From Bilabrum cf. latius (lineage: Eukaryota): a stretch of DNA of 64,000 nucleotides. The stretch spans positions 248,001-312,000 of the forward strand of contig OZ237767.1 in NCBI GenBank assembly GCA_965178125.1, given 5' to 3'. Shown piece by piece: positions 50,897-61,620 of the stretch (its first letter is position 1; every line of letters starts with the position of its first letter). A program made the translations under genes and the position numbers. The notes below the pieces were generated by a model. The model was not told the origin of the DNA, made no database searches, and was given only the letters and a program-made list of their open reading frames with translations.

Positions 50897-52515
50897 TGAT
50901 CCTAACGCCGGATGGGGTTCGGTGTTGATGCCAGAGTGGGAGCGCGTGAACGTCTCGTTGGGTTCCGATGGCGGTTGCGACCGGGAAGGTGCGACCAAGC
51001 CAACGGATTGCTTGCGATGACGCGCATACCCTCTCTGTGTTCAGGAGAGGGGCGGAGATTGGGTAATTTTTGCGCTCTCGAGATTCGCAGTCTTCTTAGG
51101 GGAATGTTCGCCTCTCAGTGGCGGCACCATCGCTACATACACCAGAAATGCCTAGCGAGTCGTCATCGAGTCCACAGGAGCGTGCGGCGTCCCACGGTCA
51201 CGCTAGCTCGACAGCATCCTCCGGTACTACCACAAAGCATCGCCATCGGCGCACCCGTTGCGTCGATCTTCAGCCCCACTCCGCGCAATCCGACGGTGTT
51301 TCTCGACAGCCGGTTGCAGCACAACAGAGTAGGCTGCTCGGACAGCTGTCTGTCTCTGCTTCTGTGGGGGCCTCCGGCTGGGAGAGCTCGTCGGTGCGTC
51401 CAGACGACAAGCCGGCCTCCAATGGCAGCAAGTGCAGTTCATCACGCGAGACGGACGCATCCATGGTGTTGCCATCCGCCTGGGCCTCCACAAAGCCGAC
51501 GGCCCAGCCAAGTTCTCCATCCCAGCCGCAGAGCCCATCGCAGTCCATTGCAGAGCCGGACGATGGGCAGTCACAGGCAGCAGGTTCTGCGGCGTGCGAG
51601 CCTTCGTGGCGTGGGCAGCAGCGAGCCACGCCCCAACTGCAGGCGCAGACGAAGACTACGCCCGGTAGCTGGCGCTCAGCTGCCCCACGTCAGGGCCAGT
51701 CTTCGTGGCGAACACGAAGCCGATCGTCAAGGCGCAGGTAGTACGGGCGCTCCGCAGCTTCTGCTCACGAGAAGTTGCAGGAGCGGTGCACGGACATTCC
51801 ATCCGCATCGCGGCAGTGATGTGTTTGGACCGTGCTGGGGTCGCCTTCGAGGTCATTAGGCGATTTGGCAGATGGAAGTCGGCATCTGCATGCGAGGTGT
51901 ACTTGCGGGGCGTCAGGGAAGGCTTGCCTCCTCTGGAGCTCGGCGGCAGGAGCCTCGATTTGAACAGGCCAGTGTGGGTGCTGGCCAGCGCGCTGCGGCT
52001 GAACTTGGAGTGAGCCACACAGCCGCAGCGTACAAGACATGGCGGTAAGATTTGGCGGAGTAGTGCACGTGCTCTTCCCAGCCCCGGTCAGTCCGGTCAA
52101 GGGTCGCGCACAGGCACAGCTTTGTCAGGTCTTGCCATGTCTGATTGTTAACGAGACTAGGTTGCGCGTACACTCTGGCATCATGATCCTAACGCCGGAT
52201 GGGGTTCGGTGTTGATGCCAGAGTGGGAGCGCGTGAACGTCTCGTTGGGTTCCGATGGCGGTTGCGACCGGGAAGGTGCGACCAAGCCAACGGATTGCTT
52301 GCGATGACGCGCATACCCTCTCTGTGTTCAGGAGAGGGGCGGAGATTGGGTAATTTTTGCCCACCCTCCCAACCCCCTCCTCCTCGGCGGAGTAGTGCAC
52401 GTGCTCTTCCCAGCCCCGGTCAGTCCGGTCAAGGGTCGCGCACAGGCACAGCTTTGTCAGGTCTTGCCATGTCTGATTGTTAACGAGACTAGGTTGCGCG
52501 TACACTCTGGCATCA
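50897..52515 (+). mobile_element. Internally deleted Ngaro-type tyrosine-recombinase retrotransposon with split direct repeats A1-[YR]-B1-A2-B2
   Basis: GC-rich island. A1 50897-51073 = A2 52184-52360 (177 bp); B1 52054-52183 = B2 52386-52515 (130 bp); YR ORF in between; no target-site duplication. Confidence 0.92.
51063..52013 (+). CDS. Tyrosine recombinase of the Ngaro element (5'-truncated, no in-frame ATG)
   Basis: With TAG read-through (51153, 51204, 51330, 51666): RFAVFL..LSGGTIATY, FCGGLRLGEL (Arg I), LHKAD (Lys), GHSIRIAA (HxxR), FGRWKS (Trp), EVYLR (Tyr); TGA at 52011-52013. Confidence 0.88.
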
Positions 52516-52854
52516 TAAATGGTTGAACGAAATATGATATATAGTCAATTTCTTCAAATTCACTTAATACTCTTTTTTTAAGTCGTTCATTACAATCTGG
52601 AGGGACACGAAGGTCATCAAGTTGAAAATGCTTTAACATTGATGGTTTGTGCTTCTCAACATAAATATATACGATTGACATAAAAGTGGAGATGCTTTTA
52701 TTCTTGAGTACCTTTTTAACGTTGACACTTGATAACAGGAACTTAACGAACATATTATAATGTAGCCCAATATTTTATTTTGATTTATTAAACCCGTTTT
52801 ATAAAATTCTATAGTTTAAAAAAAATATAAAAAATATCTAGTAATTATATATAA

Positions 52855-53226
52855 ATGGATAAATTACAAAAAGTGATTAATACCCGCTCAAAGTTAAAGA
52901 ATGAATTTCTTGATATTGTAGAAGACTTTAAGAAGACCAATCGTGAATTAGAACAAAAGTTAAAGCAACTAAAAATAAAAGAGACAGAATTAAAAAATAA
53001 AGTGAATAGTAAATTAACCGCTCTTAATGTGGAATATAAAGAGGTGAGCAAAAAGAAAGCAGAAGCTATAGCCCCTTATATGAAAACTTTAAAAGCATTA
53101 AAAGGAAGGATGACTGGATTGACAAAGAAAGACAAGGACAAGCTGATTGACGTTCATCAAGAGATAAGGAAAATTAAAGAATAGATTAAAGTAAATGAAG
53201 CTATTAATAGGCTTTTTAATTCGTGA
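52855..53226 (+). CDS. Lys-rich coiled-coil viral protein (123 aa)
   Basis: ATG 52855, one TAG at 53182, TGA at 53224-53226; heptad-like K/E/L pattern. Confidence 0.75.
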
Positions 53227-53266
53227 ATAATTAATTTATAAATATTAAAATCAATTAATATACATA

Positions 53267-54424
53267 ATGAGTAAGAGAGGAAAGAAAAAAGATAATGATA
53301 TTAATGAGTCAAGTTTTGGATTTAATACGAAGTCTATCACGAACGATTTAATGAAGCCGATAAAGAAACCGAAAGGATTGAATTATGTTAAATATTATAA
53401 ACCTACTAAAGAGGGGCTTATCCAATAGGCTGATTTATTGTATCTCCCTTACGCTACCAAGAACGATTCAAAATATTTATTAGTTGTGATAGATACGAGC
53501 GGGTTAGCGTTAGATTTTGAAGAGTTAAAGGATAGAGGGGCGGAGGATGTGATAAAAGCTTTTCAAAAAATCTATAAAAGAAATTATTTAATGAAACCTA
53601 AAATGATACGAACAGATAAAGGGGGAGAATTTGATAATGAATTATTTAAAGAATATCTAAAGAAGAATAAGATAGAGCATATATTTTCAAGAGTGAAGCG
53701 TAAATCGTAGATGGCTTTAGTGGAGAGATTGAATGAGGAAATAGGGAGAGCTATATTTTATTATTTGAATTCATAGGAGATAAGAACGGGGACAACTATC
53801 ACGAACTGGAGACATTTAATACCAAAATTGAGGGAGATATTAAACGAGCGTTATAAAACAAGATAGGAAATGTTGAATAAGAAAAGGGAGAATCTACCAT
53901 ATATACCGCCTAGATGTTAGGGTGAAGTATGTGATGTATTAAATGAGGGTGAAATGGTAAGAATAGGATTAGATTATCCTAGAAGTATAGAAGGGATAAA
54001 GGAAACCGGAGCATTTAGGGCGGGAGATATTAAATATAGCGTAAAGCCTTATAAAATTGAAAGAGTAATAATAAAACCAGATAACCCCCCATTATATAAA
54101 ATTGAGGGCATACCCTATACATACTTTAATAGAGATTAGTTGTTATTAGCATCTAAACCATACGAGAATAAAGCACAAGATATATTTATAATTGAAAAAT
54201 TGATAAGAAAGAATAAAAATAATACATACAGGGTTAAATGGAAAGATTCATATGTTGATGAGGCTACTAAAAGAAAATATTAGAATGATATAGGTAAAAT
54301 AATAAAGAGAAGAAAGAATCAAGAGGGACAAGATGAATATTTAATTCAATGGAAGATAACAACGGAGCCGGCTAAAAATATATCAAAAACTCTAAAGGAT
54401 AATTTTAATAATAAGACTAAATAA
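53267..54424 (+). CDS. Retroviral-type (rve, DDE) integrase with C-terminal chromodomain (385 aa)
   Basis: Q*ADL (D1), YLLVVID, RTDKGGEF (D2), *MALVERLN (E); FRAGDIKYS..PDNPPLY; chromo-like FIIEKLI..YRVKWK..YLIQWK..TEPAKNI. 7 in-frame TAGs; TAA at 54422-54424. Confidence 0.93.
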
Positions 54425-54453
54425 ATATTATTAATTTATATTTTAATAATATT
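54424..54453. terminator. AT-rich hairpin between convergent viral genes (candidate 3'-end signal)
   Basis: Perfect 11-bp inverted repeat AATATTATTAA (54424-54434) / TTAATAATATT (54443-54453). Confidence 0.5.
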
Positions 54454-54460
54454 CAAATAA

Positions 54461-55078
54461 TTACACTCTGTAGGTCATATTATAGACTGACATAACCATC
54501 TATGAAAGCCCTTCAAACGTATTATACACGCTATACTCATTAGGGTTAAAACTTTTCAAAAATTCAGCTCGTGAATGTCTTGCTACATCCTTATCTTCAT
54601 TATCTAAATCTTTATGGATTTTGCTATACAGTTTATCGCTGGGTATAGCTACGCATATGCTGGATTTTTTGAATATTTCTTGTGCTAGTTCAAAATCACT
54701 TGTTAAAAAGACTGCTCTATGTTCTGCTTTCTATAACCAATTTTTCTTTACAGACTCAATACTTTTTTTCATAAGTTCAAATTTTAATAATTTAGCCGTT
54801 GATAAGTCCCCTCTTCGTTCTGCTTCGTTTAGGTATAAAACCTGTTTGGTGTCAGCATTAACTTTAAGGACTTCATCTAAATCAACTAATAGAATATTCG
54901 GGTCTATAGACGTTAAACTTTTGTTAAGTGAACTTTTACCTCCTTTTCGTGGAAGGACTAAACACAATTTTTTACGATTCGCAAGTGAGGAACATAAGTT
55001 CCAAAGGAAGCATCCCGCATATCCTAGAGGAACCAACACCCCACCAACCGTGCTTGCTGTTGCTACTAACTCTGCCAT
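54461..55078 (-). CDS. Small P-loop NTPase/kinase-like viral protein (205 aa)
   Basis: LCLVLPRKGGKSSL (atypical Walker A), ILLVDLDE; 2 in-frame TAGs; TAA at 54461-54463. Confidence 0.65.
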
Positions 55079-55123
55079 TATATATATCTATACAAAACAA
55101 AATATTATTATCCTATAGACTAA

Positions 55124-57193
55124 TTATTTTAATAATCTTAGTTTTTCAAAGTGTTGATATAAGATTTGTTTTACCTTGTCCTTCACATTATGATTACCTT
55201 TACCACCGGCTACATTAAAATATTCTTGTTCAATTTGTCCTCCTTTATGCTTGCCACATCCACAACTACCGCCCCTGTTCTATGTTTTTATTTTCTAATC
55301 AATAATTAAATTAATAGCTTTCATTAACATATTATAAGGGTCTTTATTTCCGAAACCTTGAGCTGGTGGTGAATATGTCCATATAGGTATTCCATCCATT
55401 TGATAACCGTTATCAGTAAGAATACTTTTTGCTTGTCTACTAACTGCTCTTGTATCTCTTCCTTCTGTATTTGCTCTGGCTACTAAATCAGCGATTCTCT
55501 CAGGTGGTAGATTAGGTTGTAATACTCCGGCTTTAAGCCTTCGTACAATATATTTTAATGTAGTTGCGGTTTTTGATTCTACTGGATTTATTCCAGCTTT
55601 TTGTAATTGTGATAATATCTATTCCTTAGTTGAACCTGTTTTTACATTTATTGATTGTCCTATTGATTTGGCTATTTCATCATCTGTTTTCTGTGGTTCT
55701 TCTGGTTCTTGTGGTTCTGCTGGTTCTGCTGGTTGTGCTTGTTCTACGGCTTCTCCATCTCTTGGTTCTTCATCTGGGGCTCCCCTCCGTTCTCTAGCTT
55801 GTCTTTCTTTTTCTTCTTGTTGTCTTTGTGCTTCATCTCGTTCTGCCTGTGCTTGTCTTTGTCTGAATTGAACTTCTGTAAGTTGTCTTCCAAATTCATC
55901 TGTAATAGGTTCTCCATCTTCATCTACTGCCATCGCTTCACCTTTTCCTCTGTCTTGACCTGCGGGGGGTGCTTGTGGTTGTGAGCCTGTTTTTCCTGTT
56001 AAATAACTGATACCATCCATAACCGATTGTCCTAAAGAACCAAATGTGCTTTGTTGTTGTTCTGGTGATTGTCCTTGTTCTTGTTCTGGTGATTGTCCTT
56101 GTGGTGCTGGTGATGCTTGTAAGAATCCACTAGGTGGAACTGGTGCGGGTGATACTTTTGAAAACTAGCCTGATAAATTTCTACTGGCGTTCTCCCCTTC
56201 TTCTTCTTGTCCTGATGATTGTGATGCCTCTTGTTCTTGTGCTTTTTGTTTAAGTTCTGATAATTTCTTCTAAGCACTTTTTATAAAATCAACTTTAGAC
56301 CGTCCTTTTACACCTTTAACATTTGACTATCTAAGTATTGATGCTAGTTCGGTTTTCTTTGGTGCTTTTCTACTACTTGAAGGATTGGCGTTTGCTACTC
56401 TTTCAAGTGCTTCAATTTGTTCTTGTAGTTCTGGGCTTAATGCTTCTTGTGGTGTTGGAGGGGGTTTTGGTCTTGGTTCTGGTGGCGGTTGCGGGTTATC
56501 TGGTTCAGGTCTATCAGGTTGCGGGTCATCTCTTTGCTATTGTTGAACGGCTTCAGGAGGATTTAAAACATCCTATAAAGCATTAACAGCGTCATCAACT
56601 TTTGTTAATTGTGAAACATTCTATCCTTGGGGGGTTTTCGTGATTCCAGCTTGTCGTAAAGCGTTTCGTATTTGAACTGCTTTTAATCCTCTCATATCGC
56701 TTGGTAATTGTTCTAATACTGCGTCCCGTTGTGCTTTGGTGGTTGTGAATAATCTCATATTAATATTTTTAATTCCATCAAATACCTTTTTCTTATCGCT
56801 TGCTGGTCCTACTACCTACCTTACATTAATATTATTAATGGTATCTACAACCTATCTTTTTAATTTATCCGGTAAATCTGGATTTCTATTTATAAATGAT
56901 TGTAAATTTTCTATTTGATAAATTGGTAATTCTTTTTTAGCGTTCATAGTCTTAATATTTTTAATAATATTTTCAATTCCTTGTTGTTGTTGTTGTCTTT
57001 CAATTCTAACATCAATAGGAACATAATTAGCACGAAGAAAAGCATCATCTTTTAGGGTTTTTCTTCTGGCTTCTGCTTCATCTTCTTCTTGCTATATCAT
57101 TAATCTAACTTGTGGGTCATTTTGTATCCTAAGTTGATTAGACCGTTTCTACATAATACCCTTCAGTAAATCATTAATTGTATTGTTTGACAT
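55124..57193 (-). CDS. Large Gln/Pro/Glu-rich viral protein (689 aa), possible core/structural precursor
   Basis: Continuous frame from ATG 57193 to TAA 55124-55126 with >10 TAGs and no TAA/TGA; includes track ORF 55619-56020; C-terminal GG motifs (RGG, KGG, AGG). Confidence 0.8.
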
Positions 57194-57270
57194 TGTATAT
57201 ATATATTATTAATGATATAATTAATAATTTATAAACTTAAGAGATAATATGTCAATTGGTAGGCTGTCTT

Positions 57271-57639
57271 TTAAAATGAAATATCCTTATTCATAAGGTC
57301 GTGTTTCTTTATAAAAGCATTGCTGGCTTTCATAGTCATTCCCTTTTGACGGCACCATTTCATTAATTTATCCCTCTTTAACTATTTAGCACTACGGGGC
57401 TTTTTTGTTTTAGGGGCTTTCTTTGAACCCTTCTTTTTTCCTCCAGCGAGAACGTTCGGCTATCCACCAAGAAAGTTTACAGCTCCCCCTGTTGTCTTTC
57501 CTTTTGTGGTTGCGTTTAATATTTGGTTTGCGGTATCTTCAACCATTTTATCAATTTCTTTTTTATAATCATTTCTGTTTATTCCAAGATGATGAAGGCT
57601 TTTATTTGTCATATCATTTATGCTCTATTTAACGCTCAT
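57271..57639 (-). CDS. Small basic viral protein (122 aa), putative DNA-binding core protein
   Basis: ATG 57639 to TAA 57271 with 3 TAGs. TGG/LGG/AGG motifs precede KKKGSKKAPKTKKPRSAK and RDKLMKWCRQKGMTMKASNAFIKKHDL. Absent from the ORF track. Confidence 0.75.
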
Positions 57640-57696
57640 ATTATTGTATATATTGGGTATATATAATTTGTTATTTATCCATACTTATAATATATA

Positions 57697-58512
57697 ATGA
57701 AAATTAATGAATTGACACAAGCTTATTTTAATGAATACGAGAACGATATATTTGATGAGGTGAATTTTAAGAAGGGGGCTAATTTATTTTTAAATGGTTC
57801 GTATGCTATTCCTTATTATTCCTTGTTTGCTAGTGATATAGATTTATATTAGAGGGTAGAGCCTGAATTTATAAATAGTTTAATAAGATTTGTAAAGGTT
57901 TTTATAAGTTAGGTTAATTTTATTGAGGTTAAAGCTGGTAATAAAAAATACAAGACCATAAAAGCATTCATATCTACACCCGTTAAAACCATTTATAAAT
58001 AGATATTTAGCGGAGATAAACCATACTTAAAAATTGATTTTTGGGCTTTTGATGGAAAATTTATTGATGAAATAAGCATAATTTATCATATAAGTGATTA
58101 TGAAATAGATTAGGACGAGGTAAAAGATGGATTAATAAGAGATGTAGATAAATATTTTGGTTCTAATAATTTTAAAGTATTAAAACGATTGAAGGATTTA
58201 TTTAAATTAAGAGGTGAGAAGAGGAATGAAAAAAGAGTCAATGATTTAATTGATAGGGAAGCATTAGGATATTTATATTCCATAAGAATGCGATTAGAAA
58301 GTATGCTAAGAATAAAAGGACATCAAAGAGAGAAGTCAAAATCATTTCAAAGCCTAAAAGGACTAATGAGAAAAGCATTAGGAAATGTGGAAATAATAAA
58401 ACAATTTTCAAAGTATTCTAAAGCAAATATTAATAAGATAATATCGTGGATTGACCAATACATAAATAGGAAAACACGGGCGGAAATTAAAAATATAATT
58501 ATGTCTCTATAA
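57697..58512 (+). CDS. Pol-beta-superfamily nucleotidyltransferase-like protein (271 aa)
   Basis: LNGSY..FASDIDL (hGS..DxD) and later YLKIDF; frame open through several TAGs into ORF 58189-58512; TAA stop. Confidence 0.7.
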
Positions 58513-58604
58513 CTTTTTTTGTGAGGAAGGATAGAAGAAGGAACCAACTTAATATTTTAAACCCGTATAAATGAATGGTTTATTTTATTTTATTATTATA
58601 TATA

Positions 58605-59675
58605 ATGCTATCTTTACAATATACGGAAAATAGCCATATTGTAGCTATTCAAAAATATAAAAAAACACAATAGAACCGGTTTATTTATTACGACCCGAAC
58701 GCTAAAGATATTCAACACGTCAAAGCGGAAGAGATAACAGATGATGTTTTAAAATCTTATTACGGAGAAAGCCGAGTAAGATATAACGTTGATAAGGACA
58801 AGAAAAGGGAACAATTACATAAACTATTACAAGATGAATATATACGGTCAGTTTAGGAATTTGCGATTAAAGATAATAGTCAATATTTACCTTTTCCTAT
58901 GCTCTTTCCATAGGGGCGTGAATATGTGCGATTATTTGGTAAGAGTGGAAGCGGGAAAAGTCATTTAGCTTTACATTATATAAGGATGTATAGAGGATTA
59001 AAATATAAAAATATGTATGTTATATCACCAATTCAAGACCCTAAATATAAAAGAGAAGGCGCGACCTTCATTGATATAGATGATTTGGTTAAAGAGAATG
59101 AAAACACTTTATATAAGGAAAAAATGGCTTATTATAAAAAAATGAAATTAGAATTTAAATATAAAAAATCTTCTTTGATGAAATCTAAACCTTTAGATGT
59201 TGTTATTGAAGCTGAAAGAAAGATAGAGGATTTGAAACCTGAGAAAGATTTAATAGAAAAAGGTTTTAAATTAAATGTTGAGTTTTTTAAAAAATTGACC
59301 GCTGAACCTAATTTATTTATTCTGGATGATTACGAAGGCTTTAAAAAAAGGAACCAGAAAGCAAAGGCTTATTTTTTATTGGAAATCCTAGCAACTACAG
59401 GAAGGCACACAGCAAGTAGCGTTTTAGACATCACCCACAAAATAAGCGACGGTATGAAGACACGAACCATTATGAACGAAATTACAACCCATATCATTTA
59501 TAAAACAATTACAGCTAAAAGTTTAAAATATATTTTAGAAACAGTCTTAAGTTTTGACGCTCCTACTAGAAAACGAATTAAAAAAACCCTTCATTCTCTC
59601 CCTCTCTTTGGTTATGTTGCTATTAATGTTGATAATAATTATGTAGTTAGCACAAAAAAAATATTTCTCTATTGA
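58605..59675 (+). CDS. FtsK/HerA-type virion DNA-packaging ATPase (356 aa)
   Basis: Walker A GKSGSGKS, Walker B LFILDD, TGRH motif; N-terminal 107 codons (MLSLQY..) contain 3 TAGs; TGA stop. Confidence 0.92.
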
Positions 59676-59683
59676 ATATATAA

Positions 59684-60259
59684 ATGAACATAAACGACTT
59701 AAATAGACTAGTCCAAACACCGTTATCTCCTTTAGAAATTCAAAAATTAGGTGTAGCACATTTGAATTACAAACCTAGAATAGTTATTTACGATGATATT
59801 ATTAAATAGACCTCATCTATTGAACATATTTTTGATGGTTATGACGGCGTAATTATTTATTATCCTAATAAAAAGACGGGACTAAATAGCACATACGGTC
59901 ATTTCATTTCATTGACCAGAAAACCATCAAGCAAAATAATATACTTCTTTGATAGCTATGGAGAAAAACCCGACCAATAGAAACCATTTATTAATAGAGA
60001 CCAATTGTATCAAGGAGAAGGAGAAGAAAATACGCTGGTAAAGTATTTAATTGATTAGAAAATGGAAGGTTGGAAAATTGATTATAATCATAAACCGATT
60101 TAGAGTTATGCTAACAACAGCGCTACGTGTGGAAGATGGGCTCTATTAAGAAACGCTTTTTCTTTCTTATCAAATGATTAGTTTGTAAATGAAATGTTTA
60201 GAATATCCAAAATTATGGCTCTTAGTCCTGATTAGTTAGTGGCGTTGCTTCTACATTGA
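59684..60259 (+). CDS. Adenain/Ulp1-like virion maturation cysteine protease (191 aa)
   Basis: YGHF (His), YFFDSYG (Asp), YNHKPI*S (Gln position = TAG 60101), ATCGRW (Cys). 6 TAGs; TGA at 60257-60259. Absent from the ORF track. Confidence 0.93.
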
Positions 60260-60595
60260 ATACTCCGACCATCTAATAAAAGGGCTAGAATAAAATAATA
60301 AAATATGATTATCTCTAAAATAAAATCCATACGATGGCTATATCCACAAATTGCGTATATATTATAGTGTTTTCTAGCAAAACGTGGATGTAGGGCCTCT
60401 TGTGAAGGTGAAATGAAGATATAAGCCCTTTTATTTAGAAAAGTTCCATCGTTTTAGAAGGGCAATTTTTCATCCATCTAAATTCAATCAAACTTTTAAA
60501 TATATTGGTAAAAGTGAAGGGTAAAAATCAAGATGAAATATTAGATAAGGTTTATTAATAAATATTTATTTGTATAGCTTTAATATATAAATAAA

Positions 60596-61549
60596 ATGAG
60601 TTATAGCGATGAATTTGTAAGATTGAATTTAGTTAGTTCATCTGTCCCCCACAATTAGACGAGATAGGCGGTAGTGAATGAAACCCGTGAAGGCTTAATA
60701 TTAAAACAAAGTGAAAATTATTTAACGGCTGTTGAAGAGATGGATTTAAATAAATTTATGCTACCGGTGTTTAAACCTGAATATTAGGATGACAGCGGTA
60801 AAACCTATTTAAAATTTACTCTTGAGAATAAAACATCAGGAGCCAGAGCAGGCGATTATATAGTTCTAGGTAAAAAAGCTAAATTTTATTATTCATATTA
60901 GGATATTGTAAATGAATTTAATGAAGAGTTAAGCCGAATTTGTGATTTGGTAAGCCTTCCAAGTGGTGATAAACCAGTCTTTAAATTTGAAAATAATAAA
61001 TGGAGTTTATCAACAACTGAAGATTTTAGAGATAATTATTATTTATTTGTTAATTTTGAAGCTTTTGCTTTATTTGATAAATTTGAATATGAAGGAATAA
61101 CAACCACACCGAGTGATTTATTTGCTAAACTTTCATATAATAATTCCCCTGCTAGTGGTGATTATGTTTTTATGGCTAGATAGACGAATTTAAATTCTTG
61201 GTGCCCTGTTAAATCTATTATCGTAGAAAGTGATATTCCAGTGAATAAAGAATTGGTGACCACAAAATCATCTACTGGTGGCTCTATAGCCGTCAATAAA
61301 TCCCCTATATTAACCAGCTACCCGTATAATCCTAATGACAGCTCACCAATAGAAAATATATTATATGTTTCTAATCCTTACCGCTGGTATTCAATGATGA
61401 AGGATAGAAGCTTTAAGAGCGTGTCAATGGCGTTCTACTGGGTTGATAAACAAAATGAAAAGTATCCCGTAATGAATTTTAACGGGGGTGAAGCTCACAT
61501 TAAACAAGTATTTAAAAAACAAACCGATAATTTAAGTTTAGATTTTTAA
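60596..61549 (+). CDS. Minor capsid (penton) protein (317 aa)
   Basis: NETREGLIL..YLTAV..LPVFKP, WCPVKSIIVESDIPV, YRWYSM..FYWVDK..KQVFKK resemble virophage pentons; located between protease and MCP; joined via TAGs; TAA stop. Confidence 0.85.
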
Positions 61550-61620
61550 ATAAATTATAGAAGATTATAAAATATGTTTAGATATTAAAAAATTTATATC
61601 TATAGTGTATATATAAAAAA

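Larger units (their letters stand above)
50718..52753 (-). pseudogene. Viral hypothetical gene (~138 aa) split by the Ngaro insertion
   Basis: Removing 50898-52516 fuses MFVKFLL..YFVQPF (52753-52517) in frame to RIIHKLNEEN..FILPKD-TAA (50897-50718). Confidence 0.85.

Noticed and set aside
50912-51859. ORFs 50912-51859 and 51118-51741 as Ngaro gag/other genes
   Set aside because: They overlap the YR in alternative frames and show no recognisable motif. An overlapping remnant cannot be fully excluded.
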